Positions 14,801 through 26,620 of a stretch of DNA of 64,000 nucleotides are shown here, one piece after another. Below the pieces are notes generated by a model that did not search any database, was not told the origin of the DNA, and worked only from the letters and a program-made list of their open reading frames with translations. Source of the stretch: the human T2T-CHM13v2.0 reference genome, Homo sapiens; the NCBI RefSeq assembly GCF_009914755.1, contig NC_060938.1; one strand, given 5' to 3'. The translations under genes were made by a program, and so were the position numbers. Within the stretch, counting starts at the first letter, position 1. Each line of letters starts with the position of its first letter.

Positions 14801-17800
14801 TTTTTTTTTTTTAAAGAACATATATTCATTTTAAGACTAGGAGAGAGAGGAGGTAAGGACTTACTTCCTCAGAGTCACATCCAGAAGGGAGGGAAAAAAA
14901 AAGTAGAACAAAACAAGAGAATGAAGTACCTACCACAATTGCACCACAAATTCAGAAAACACATTTCAAAGCTACAGGACAATTACTGGCATTAGAGAAA
15001 CCTTAGGTAAATCACTTAATCTCTTGGTACCTTGGTTTTCTCAACTGTTAAATGAAAGTTTTAGAAGAGATCATCTGAACTTCATCACTTTGATCTATTT
15101 CCACAACTCTATGATTTCTCCAAATCTTTTAAATAAAAAGTCTCTTAGCTATTCCTAAGTGTTGTCCTAAATCTTTAACAGGGATCTAAAATATATAAAA
15201 AAAAAAAAAAAAACAAAAATCTAAGGAGAAAAGAGCAAAGCAAAATTTCTCAGGGTAAAGCAAAGTATGCCTATATTCCTCGAATGGAGAAAAGATACAT
15301 TGTAATAATTCTAAGTAATGATTACCAAATAGCTGCCTACACCAGCGTTTACAGGAAGCATCTGATAAATATGCATAATAATTAACAAGAGACAGCTTCC
15401 AGGCAGACTTCACACTTAAGAATGAAACCAAGTTTCAAAAAAAATTACCTTCACCACTTTTTAAAGAAATCAACATCATAGAAAAATAAAAACATGGGTT
15501 ATCCAAAGAATAATTAAGGACTAAGTATGTGAATGAGCTCTACCAGTAAGAGCTTACTTACCTCCAACACTAACCACTTCAAAACCAGGTATTTCAAGAA
15601 TTAATATGACCAAAATTAAAAAGCTACAGTTCTTCTAAAATATTTAGCAACATAAAAAGAAAACAAAAACATGTTTTTTTTTAAAATAGTAGGTACCCTA
15701 TTACCTACTATTCTGTGTTACTGAAATGCACTACTATTGGTTCTATTCTGCCCTTCCCCCCTAGATTAGATCTTAAAATACAGTCTCAGTCCAGTGTATT
15801 TTCTACAGCAGCAAATTATTAACAATTTAAATGAAGACAATCTTCTTTAAAATCAGAATGATTTTTTAGAACTAAGTAAACTAAGTAAACTTCTGTCATA
15901 TCCTAGAAGAAATGCAGGATTTGAAATCTTTTTAATTAACAAACTTCTCTGAAAACTTACACTGTGAGTAAAATTATGGAGCCATGAGAGTATAACTATT
16001 CTCAAACATCTTTAAAATGAACTGAAAAGTTCTTCCACAGAACTTCGAAATGTATGCTCAGTTTCACAAGGAAGGTAAAAAAAAAAACACTACCATCTAA
16101 AATTTTTAAATTATTGAGTCTGCAATACAGTTTATCAGAAATTAGAAATATATTGAACATCAGTAAGACATAAAATAGGTCTTGAAATAAAAAAGAAAAA
16201 TATAACATCAATTTTAAATATAACCTATTGAATAAAATTCATTGAAAAATGGACAAAAATGTTTTATTTTCCACACCAAATAATCTTACCTTAATCATTT
16301 TGCTGTTAAAAACCTCAAGACATTAATTTCATTTTTCATCTCTTCCTGTCAACAATGCTATGACAGGCCCTGCAGGAAGCAGCAAAGAATCAATGATGGA
16401 GTGGAGATAGTAGGTGTTTTCATGATCAAGATTTGGATATCCATACAGTGGTGTGAAACTTGGAAAATACTGAAAATATCTCAAAAAGTTGATCAGTGTA
16501 AATAATTATCTTTTTTACTTTGCAGTCTTAAAATGTTTGTTCTTATTCAATGTCTTATTAAACAAAAATTTAAAAATCACGGTAAAAGTATATATGTGAA
16601 ATTTTAAAGTATTTTTATATTGATAAGAATTGATTAAAAATAGTCAATCATGTCAAAAGAGAATAAAATAATTTATGTTTTAAAGTACTGGAATGAATCT
16701 CTTGACCTCTAGATAGCATAGCTTTAATCTTATTTCTTTTAACAGCTATAATTACCAATAAATTCCAACTATTCATAATTAAAGTAAAAATTATTTTCTT
16801 CTCAAGCAGTATCTTCAGTATGAAACAGTTATTACCAATACTGGTAAATATTCCTTCAGGAAAAATACATAGTTTACAAAACAAAAAAATAGAAAAAAAA
16901 CCTGTGCAAACTCCAAAACTTAACTACTCTTTGGTAAATAATAAATTATATTCAATGGATACCAAAAAATTCAGATTAGTAAATTTAATAGAAAATTCAA
17001 AGCTATAAAACTGCTTTACAAAGACTTCAAATGGTTTTTACATTCCAAATTATTTTAAGATAGTACAGACTTTGCCAGATTTCGTTTAAATGTATTTTTA
17101 CCTTTGAATATATTGTCTATTTAAGGGCTGATTAATGAACAGGACTGTGATAACATATCTGTATTCACTGGGAATACTATTAGAACACACAAGAAACTTG
17201 TATATATGTCACAGACGCATACTCAAAGTCAATACTTCAAACAGATTGAGAAATTAAAAACAACAGAAATAAATGACACAGTAATTTTTTGAGATTTTGA
17301 CTAAATTTTAATTTACTTGTAATTAAATGTGGGAAACATTTCAGTAAAATTAAGTTCAAAATCTTAAAAATATTTTTAATATGCTACACCTGTCCTGTTT
17401 GTTGGAACACTTCAAACTACTCTGCAAAGTGTACTTGCCAAAGCCATCAATATTCTAAAAAGATACAACTTAAATTTTATAATGTTTTAACTTCCTATGA
17501 AAAATAAATGTTAATCTGAGATAATATTTTAAGAAGAACTACCAAGTACTTCCACTTATTTCCACTCACTCATGTTTTACATATGTACTGGTGGCATAGT
17601 GAAATGTAAATGCTTCTCACTTAAGGTTATTTTTTTGTTATTTCTATACCTAAAGACCCTATCCTTGTTTTATGTACATTCTATCAGTTTCATGAAAAAT
17701 CAATGTAGTTGAAAATATTTCCATATTAAAGACGTAGGAAAGCTGATGCCATATCTTTAAAGAATAAAATGAAGAATATGGAAATTTCATCAACCCAAGC

Positions 17801-20800
17801 ATCAGAAAGTATTGAAAAGCACTACTTCATTCCTTGCATGTTGCGTTTTATACCATGACACTTCAGTCTCTGAGGGTCAGGTTAATTAAGCTCCATAGCA
17901 GCTGCAGTGCAATGTGAGATACACACTGTTGCAGTTCCCACCAGTCCAGTCCAATTACCTGTAGTATTCCAGTACTGAACAAGTGACAACTAACCTCTTC
18001 TCTCTAGTCACTTGCTCCCACTGGTCTACTGATAAATGTTAAAACAAACTAACCTCTTTTTGGAAAAGACTGCAAAGCTGAATGCACCTGCTGCAGGCTG
18101 CAATGATGAGTCCCAGAGAGATGTTTGTCAGTCAGATCTCTGCAGATGTTGTTTAACTTTATGCTAAAGCAGTATCCAAAGATGGAAATGAGATGGCAAT
18201 CAAGCACAAATCTCCCACCTTCGTCCCCCCAGTTTTATTTTGAAAAGCAGAACTTACTCATAAAAGTTGTGTTTTAAAATATAGCTCCACTGAACTGGAC
18301 AAAACTGAGACTCCACAGTTAAAAATTCTATGGTCAAAAATATTTATTAGGTGCTGAAATTTAGTTAACAAGTAGCATAATATGTAGTCAATAAATGTCA
18401 TTTGTGTCAGTTAATAATTTTTTAAAAAATTAATTCTCTGAAGCCAGAGCAAAAAACTCCCAAACAATACAACATAAAATACATAAGTTTTTCACTGATG
18501 GTTGTCAGTCAGGTTTTTAGTGATATCACATACTCCTTAGCATTTTCAAGACACAGATCATTTTTCCTCTTGCTGTATGAAACATCTTCAATACATAAGT
18601 ATTGAACTATATCACCAACATGTTTAAACTATTCCTGAAATCCTTTGGGGTAGTATTTGCAAGGCAATGTTGTAGATATATTTCATTACAGTGACACAAA
18701 TTTTAAATGAGCTGTTTTTCCAAAGCCCAGAAAGCATCAAAAAGCAAATTTCAAAGTAGCATTATGTATATGATTCATGAAAACACCAACACTATAAATT
18801 AATGATGTCTTATAACTTACTCTGTCAACATCAAAATGATACAAAAAGGAATCAAATAAAATGTACAGCTAAAATTTTTAGTGCTAATTCATCTTTCTAA
18901 AAACCCCACAAAACATCTGCATACACAAGATACGAATAAAATTGTATCTTTTGGAAACTGTAATGTTAATACAGATTGCGCTATGCCAGTAATGTTCCTT
19001 CATATGTTAAGATTTCCTATTGCTTAAAGTAAGAAAATAAAGTATTAAAAAAAATTAAACCAAAATACAGCAAATTTTCAGAGATACTAATGTTTAAGTA
19101 AAAGATTATGTTTCTCCTTCAACTGTAGATATAGAGATAAAAGATAAAAGTAACCCTAACAATAGGTAGTGTGTCAAATAAACATTACAACTTTAAGATT
19201 CAAGGAAAAACACTTTGTGTCAGCAACTCTTTGATAACACTAAAATCCAAAGTATAACCTAGTGTAATGATAACTATCCTATTAAACCCACCCAACAATG
19301 TTGGAAATTATACCATTTTATTTTCTGTACTTGTTACAGTTCTATTTATCACTAATTTTGCCTTAAAATATATATTCCAACAAATGTCCAATATTCTTTG
19401 CATCTAAGATCAAAGTACAGACTGCAACTTTTAGAAGCTGTAAGAGATTCACATTCATATGTACTACCAATATCATAATACTCTTCCTTCAATGATGTAA
19501 ACAGAAATAATGTTTTAAATTCATTATCTCCTCTGATTTGCAAAAAATTATCATAATTATACAATTCCAGTTCTAAAGTTTAATTTGGCCACTATATTTT
19601 CCCCTTTTCAAAATAAAAGCAATGTTGGGTCTTTCCTTCCCTACAAAAAAATTTCACTTACATTCTGCTCTTTTATGATTTAAAAAAATGTATAATGGTT
19701 TGTGTTTTTTTTAAAAAAGCACCACCCAATTTGGAAAGTAAGAAAAATTGAAATATAATGAATGTACAAATAATAATTTCAAATTTTAAATTAAGAACCA
19801 TAAAAGGAAATATTTTTATTAAATGTGATACTAGTTTTATAATGACAAATATTAAAACAGTGTAAAATAGACAGATTCCAACACTATAATGAAGGATTCT
19901 GTTTGACTGATGTAACGAATACCATATAATAGAATAAAAATAAGTATACTATGATATGTTCTAAAATCTAAGGAATACACGAAAATATTTATTGCATACA
20001 TCCGTTATCATTTCCAACCAATAATGCATGCAGTAAGCTTTTCGGATTACCTACCTGAACCATCCATTAAATAATTTTTACAGATAAAACCAATATGATT
20101 ATTAACAAAAACTAAACATATCCTTATGCCAAATAAAAGAATAAAAATAAACTATCGTCACTCTGAAAAGGCATACAATAATATATTCCTCAAACCAAGA
20201 AAGCTGTTTTTTACTACAAGGTAACTTGCTATAACCTAGTTATAAAAAGATATATAAGTAAATCAAATTGGCTTGCTCTAATCATGTAAGAAAAAAAAAA
20301 AGGTATATTCCTAAACCACCAGAATTAAGTCAGTACTCTGTAAGATTTGATTTTGTAAAACAGATAAATGGATTACGTAGTACAGCAAAAATGATCTACT
20401 TGTAGATCATTTTATCTGATTGCAGTAATTGAAGAATACATTTTACAATTCCTCATCACACAATTTTCTCAAGTTTGTTATTTAATACACGACATTGAAA
20501 AATGCAATGCAATATCCAGCTGTACAAATTCTCAATTAGTGTACAAAAATGTTTTTTCATTTCAACCATAATTTTAAAAATTACTCATAAAGGCAGGGTT
20601 GCTTAAGATATTTTCAAAAGAAATAAGAAAAACAAATAAGCATACAAGGAAATTATATTGGCTATAATTTCTTTAAAGTACCTATCGTTTGAGTTAAAAT
20701 GTATTAAAATGTCCCGAGTGTGTCTGTATTCTGTGTTACACATCCTGAAGAAAGTTTCCGAAAACACACTAGTATTTTAACTAAACCTTACAAACACAAT

Positions 20801-23303
20801 TACATTCTGCTTAAAAACTTGGGTAATTTGAGAAAATCCATTAGGTTATACAACTAAAGTAGACTTTTCCCCAAATATGCTCTTACCAAATGAGAAACAG
20901 AAAAGGGGCTTCATGAAATAAACATTAGGCATATTTGTTCCAGTAGATTATGACAGTCATAAATATACATATATATAGCTTTAAGAACTTCATATATGTA
21001 TGAAAGACACAAAAACGGGCTTCCAAATGATTTCATTAATCCTCTAAGAAATTCTTTATAACTTGATGATATGATCACAGTTTATAATTTAGCTCATCTG
21101 AGATGTACAAGGTAAGTGTCCCTTACGTACATCTGAGTAAGAGAAACTGAAAAGCGCTCAGAGGCTATGTTGAAGAATACCGGGATCTTAAAATTATTCT
21201 GAAGACTTGTGGTCAAGTGCGAAGAGAAAGACTATTAAAATTAATGTCTATCTGAAGCAAAGAGATTATCTGTCCAAACAGGTAATAATCCAGTTAAAAT
21301 TGTATTTTAATACAAACTGTTCAGAATTCTTTAAGCTTCTTATAAACTACGAGGCTTTATTTTATCCTTAAAATTGATCCCATACTGTGTGATTGGTTTC
21401 CACCTGTTACCGGTAAAGTATAGACTTCTTTTATCCAACATTTCAACTCACATTTGATCAGGTTACGTCACCACACACACAAAATTTTATTCAACGCATT
21501 CCAGCTTTCCATTTTTTTCCAACAGATATTCTTGCTCTATACAAATAACATGCCTCAGAACTATAAATAAAATAATCAATTTCAATGTAATAAGCAAAAA
21601 ATGTACAACTAAGTGGACTAAAAACAAAAGATCTAATTCTCAGTGCACCCTTTCCAACCCACTGAAAATAAACTATATTCAAATGAAAAGGCATTTAATT
21701 TACTATTTGGAATATCCTTGATAAACACCAATTTTCTGTAACATCCCTGCACATCTGATACCACCTCATGTATAATGCAAAAAAGCTATTTCATTTTCAT
21801 CTATTGACAGTGAATTTAATTTACCATTGCAGCTCTTTTCCTAGAACTATCACGTTATTAATTCTGCAATCAAGCTCTTTTGAGTGCTTTTATTTGTACT
21901 AAGGGTTTTCACAATTCCACATTGATTTTTTTTATCATAATATACCTTTTAAACATATGAATGTGAATATGTTAGCAAACTTTCTTAATGCATAAGGAAA
22001 GTTTCAGAGACAAGGAAAGCCATCTGCAAAACTACACTCATAGGAAACAAACTTTAGAGGAACATCGTGTCTAATATATTACCTTTTAGTTTAATAAGTT
22101 TAATGTTTACAAAAAATACTACATTTAATTTGTAAAACTAAATGATAGTTTCAACCATTCTAAAACCTTCTTATCCAGTATAATGGTCCATTTCTAATAC
22201 CAAGTGATTGGCTATGAAAAAGAAGTCCTCCAAATGTTCTGCTTACATTCATGCCAGATGTCTTTGCTGTATTAAAGAACTCTTACTGAATTAGATCACT
22301 GAAAGCAAATCAGCTTTTCTTTTCCACCAGGAAGAAAAAAATTAAAGCAGTATTGGTTCCCTCAGCACTGAATTAACGTTTTTGACAGCCATAAAGATAA
22401 AATAACCTTTAAAAAAATCACAGAAAGCTAGATTTAAATAAAAGCAAATCAGCTGATAATGTTTTATCTAGGAAATCTACTACTCAATTACAGAGACTTT
22501 TCCCTTAAACCTAAAATACATATAGTGATTAGCAAAATGTAAGAAAAAAATAGAAAAAGATGGACATGCAGAACTATTTAACACTTAAAAAGGCATACTT
22601 GAAAGTGAAAAACAAAAAATTTATACCACCAAGGAAACTTCCCATATTCCAGTAGGTTACTGTACTACACTAACTGTCAACATATTTAATCAAATTTAGC
22701 TCTTAAGTTAACATGAATTCTGAAGCATTATTTTACTTCTTGCATAACAGTATAAATTTCCTTATATCAATTGCATTAAAACTGCAATATTTAAAAAATC
22801 TGAAGAGGCAACACTTGTCCTCTTTACTTCACTCCAAGGCCAACAAACAAAGCAATGAAGCAGAAAGAGGTACATAATGGATTCAGAAGTAAATGGTCCA
22901 TTCTTTAAGAAGCCTCCCTACCCCCCTCTTCTGAATTCACTCTAAGCTAATTGTCATTACAATGATGTCTGAAAACTTCAGAAGAACCCTATTTCCTGAT
23001 GCCAGCTGTCCAGGTTTCTATCTTTAAATTTTTGAGTTTTTTTGCTAATAAGAATTATTCAGAAATACCCGAATCATCTTGCAACTGGTCTAATTCACAT
23101 ACACGGTACAACAATTATAGGAAAAAGGCATAATCAACAATAGAAATAATCTGAAAATTTTTCCACAATATATTCCTATAAAGCAATATCTAAATAAAGT
23201 CTCCAGTATTGTTTAAAAATTCTTTCAAGACAGCACACAACACAAGTAGATCTTTCTTTCCTGTGGGGAGCTCATCAAACAATCTCTTCACCATTGCACC
23301 TAC

Positions 23304-23447
23304 CTGGGTAAAAATCTTTGGACTTAGACAGCTTGATGGTGGCTCCAGTTTCTTTTTGCAACTGAACAATTGTCTGTCCTCCCTTCCCAATTATAGATCC
23401 AGCAGCATAACTAGGTATGAGAACCTTTAGAAAATACTGGCCGTCTT
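23304..23447 (-). CDS. NOVA1: NOVA1 coding exon 2 (144 nt, [49 protein letters not shown]), first part of KH1 domain
   Basis: KH GXXG loop (IIGKGG); acceptor ttgcatttttcag| at 23448; donor CAG|GTAGGT at 23303; phase 1 at both ends. Confidence 0.98.
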
Positions 23448-25194
23448 CTGAAAAATGCAAAGAAATATACTCGGTTAACACAGTATTTCAAACTTTGTAT
23501 CCCCTCTCCACCCTCAAGAGAGAAAAACAGCAACTAAAGCACTGGGTATATAACTGCAGGAAATATGAAGTTAAACATTTTTTGAGAATGAAAATAAGCC
23601 AATTACATTGAAAAACAAACAGGTACAAAATGTTTCCCATTTTATAGGATTTATACTTTCAAGCTTGGAATTAAAATATAAACATATTCTATTATTTTGC
23701 AGCACTGTAAAAACTGATGACTAAATTCCAGTTGTTATTCCAAACATGGAAATCTTCCAATTCTATCTGTGGCAAAATGAAATGAACTGACCCTTTAACA
23801 AAACTTCAGAGGTTTATAAGATGACAAACCTTCACTTAACATATTAAAAAAGAAGAAAAGCCCAGGACTGTAAATAGTGATGAGCTATATTTATTTGTCA
23901 TTAGCAGACACATAAGGACTACAATTAGCCATTGCCTATATCCTACTTAAAGTCCGCAAAACAACCATTCTCCTACCAAATAATCCACCCAAACTGTGGG
24001 GTGTATTCCAAGTCTTCAATAACTGCCAGGAAATAACTCAGTGTGGTGGACTGGCAAATCTAACTAATCCTAGTGCATTTCTTTAGCACTTCTTAGTCTA
24101 CCGTGATCTCGTTTAAGCTCATTAATTAAAGGACCTTAAGAAGAATTCTGCCAATACTAAAAAGCTTAGGAGTCATTTATATTAAATAGGCTTAAAAGTG
24201 ACAAAACAGGTAATGTTCCTTTCCCAAAATAATCACAACTTTTAAAACGGAAAGGGGGTGGAAGAACCAGGAAAAATAAAATGAAACGTTTTAGAAAATT
24301 AAGCCAACTCCACAAACTTTAATTTCCGTCAACTTGATCACATCTTATACAGGAGACACCCCGGTAAATCCAGCTTTCTTAATGTGAATGAATGTTCCAA
24401 ATGTTGTGGTGTGCCACTCAAAAGACCCCCATCCGTCTACAATGCATATGCTGGAGATAAATTCACCTCTGCTTCGATGCATTGGGTGCATTGTTAAGAT
24501 GATTCCAGTGCAAATGAAGAAGCGATATCGGTCCCGTTAAAACTCATCTTCCAAGGAAGCGCAGGATGTTAACTAACAAGTCACCGTTCCAGACACCCCC
24601 ACCCTCGTATGCACCCCCCTGAAGACAAATCAATGAAATATTTGCACCGACAATCTAAGTGCGGTAAGGGCATGCACTCATCAAGATTTTGCATACTACT
24701 TGTGGCCCAAAGCAAGAGGATGGAGAGAGGAAAAACTCTCCGGCGCCCCAATCATTCGCAATCCGCTACCCAAGTGCCATTTATTTATTTATTTTATCAG
24801 ACTGTTAAACGCAGCGCGCATCTTCGGGCGGCCATCACCTCACTCCGGGGTCATCCTCCTCCTCCTCCTGAATGGACCTTCTTGCCCAGGTCTAGGATAT
24901 TTACATGGTCAACCTCTGGACCGATTAAATGGAAAGATAGGTCTATTCCGAAAAACTGGTCGCCATTTTGATGAATGATAAACACAGAAATGGAAATGTG
25001 TCGGGGACACCTAGGCGCGGGGCAGGTGCAGGGGAGGGGGCGCGGGGCAGGGGCGCAGGGGCCGCCGGGTTCGGGCTGGAGGTGTCCGGGCCGCGGGAGG
25101 GAGGGAGGGAAGGAGGGAGGGAGGACGGCGAGGGAGGGAGGCAGGGGCGGGCGGCGGGGGATGGGGCCAGCGGGGAGGTGGAAGCGATACCCAC
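23448..25194 (-). other. NOVA1: NOVA1 intron 1
   Basis: GT at 25194, AG at 23449-23448, between the two in-frame exons. Confidence 0.95.
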
Positions 25195-26620
25195 CGCCCG
25201 TATTGGTCCTCTTGGTGCTGCCGGCTTCAGGGGGGGCTTCCAGCGGCCTTTTCCGCGAGTCCGGCGGGTCCAGGTCTATGGGAACCCCAGTGTGGGTCCC
25301 GTTCTGCTGGATGGGAGCTGCCGCCATCATGTTTGCAGTTCCTGCCGCTGCTACCGGGAGAAGGTTCTCCCTTTTGTTTTGGCTTTTTCTTTTCTTTTTT
25401 CTTTTTTTTTTTTTTTTTTTTTTTTTGCGTTTGGGGTTTCTTAAGGTTTTTTTTTTTTAATCGGATCAATATAAATCTCTTTAGGAAAAAAAGCAATGTT
25501 GCTGGTTTGTTCTCACTGGGGAGGGGGCAGGGCTGAGGAGCAGCTGCAGTGCAGTGTCAGAAAGGAGACAGGGGAATGGAGGGGGTGTGAGAGACGGAGG
25601 GTGAAAGAAGAAGAAGAAAGGAGACAGGGGGAGAGAGTGGAGAAGGGAGAGGGGCGAGTGAATGAGCGGGAGGAGGGGACCGGGGAGGACAGGCAGAGGG
25701 AGTGGGAGAGCGCGAGGGCTGGCGGGGCGCGGGGAGAAGCCGAGGAGGAGGGGAGAGTGAGGGAAAGAGTGAATGAGCAGGAGGAGGGGAAGGAGGTGGA
25801 TGCCGAGAGAGGAGCGAGCGGCAGAGGAGGGCAGGAGCCGGGAAGGAGCGCGGCGGTCCCCGCGCCGCGCTAGCGTTGCGCTCGCTCCCGCTGCTGGTGC
25901 TGCCGCCGCCGCCGCTGCCGGAGCGGTTCTGCCGTTGCCTGGGCTGCTCGGCGCTGCTGCTGCTGCCGCCCGGTCTCGCTCATTATTTCTCCCGCTTGTT
26001 GGGGGGGGCTGGCGGGGAGGGAGGGGGGTGGCTGTGAGGGGAGGGTAGAGAGGGGTTGAGTTCGTAGACTCCCACACACTTCGCGCTCGGGTCCCTGCCT
26101 CTCAGCAGCGCCGCCGCCTCCCAGCGCCGATGCTTCAGCCGGCGGGGCGGCTGAGGGGTGAGGGGGAACTCCGCGGGCGGGGGCGAGGGAGCGTGTGTGC
26201 GCGAGCGTGTGCGCGCGCGAGGGGAGCGCGTGCGCGGTGAGGACGCGCGCCGGCGGTTGGGGCGGGGGCGGGGGCCGGGGCGCTCCTGTGGGAAGGGAGG
26301 GGTGAAAGGTCGCTGGTCCCCGGCAACACGGCTCAGGCAAACGTAAGCGGCTTGTCGCAGAAACCAAGGGGTCCACGAAACGCGCTAGGCTAGAAGGCGG
26401 GAAGGAGAGATTACTGACAGCCGTGCCAGCCAATAAAATAGAAATGTGAGAAAGGTTCTTCGGGCCCCTTCCCAATCAGGAAACTTGGGTGATGAGGGGC
26501 AGCGAAGGGGTGGGGTGGGATCTTGGTCCAGCTGGTACTGGAGCGGCGACAATTTTGGCTAGTCTAAGAAGGGCATTCGAGTGACCGTTGACAACGGGTG
26601 GGACAGCGTCAGAGCTGGAG
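24730..26620. promoter_or_regulatory. CpG island / NOVA1 promoter and 5' leader, probably bidirectional
   Basis: Abrupt GC and CpG enrichment in an AT-rich background; GC boxes (about 26143, 26175, 26259-26280); GCGC-rich NRF1-like stretch at 26190-26250; CCAAT boxes at 26430-26434 and 26472-26476. Confidence 0.9.
25195..25330 (-). CDS. NOVA1: NOVA1 coding exon 1 (136 coding nt, MMAAAPIQQNGTHTGVPIDLDPPDSRKRPLEAPPEAGSTKRTNTG), includes the KRPLE NLS-like motif
   Basis: Translation matches the NOVA1 N-terminus as I recall it. ATG at 25330; phase-1 donor G|GTGGGT at 25194; joins exon 2 in frame (G|AA = Glu). Confidence 0.98.

Noticed and set aside
24851-25330. 159-aa ORF starting at the NOVA1 ATG
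   Set aside because: Only the first 45 codons are NOVA1; the rest is read-through into GC-rich intron 1, where stops are scarce.
23304-25330. Modern-human-specific NOVA1 I197V (I200V) site
   Set aside because: It lies in a later exon outside this window, so human vs archaic or ape origin cannot be read here.
24609-26475. Several long overlapping ORFs (120-201 aa) in the CpG island
   Set aside because: Low-complexity P/A/G/R or poly-K/F translations expected from GC-rich and homopolymer DNA; the 89-aa minus ORF at 25496 starts at TTG, not ATG.
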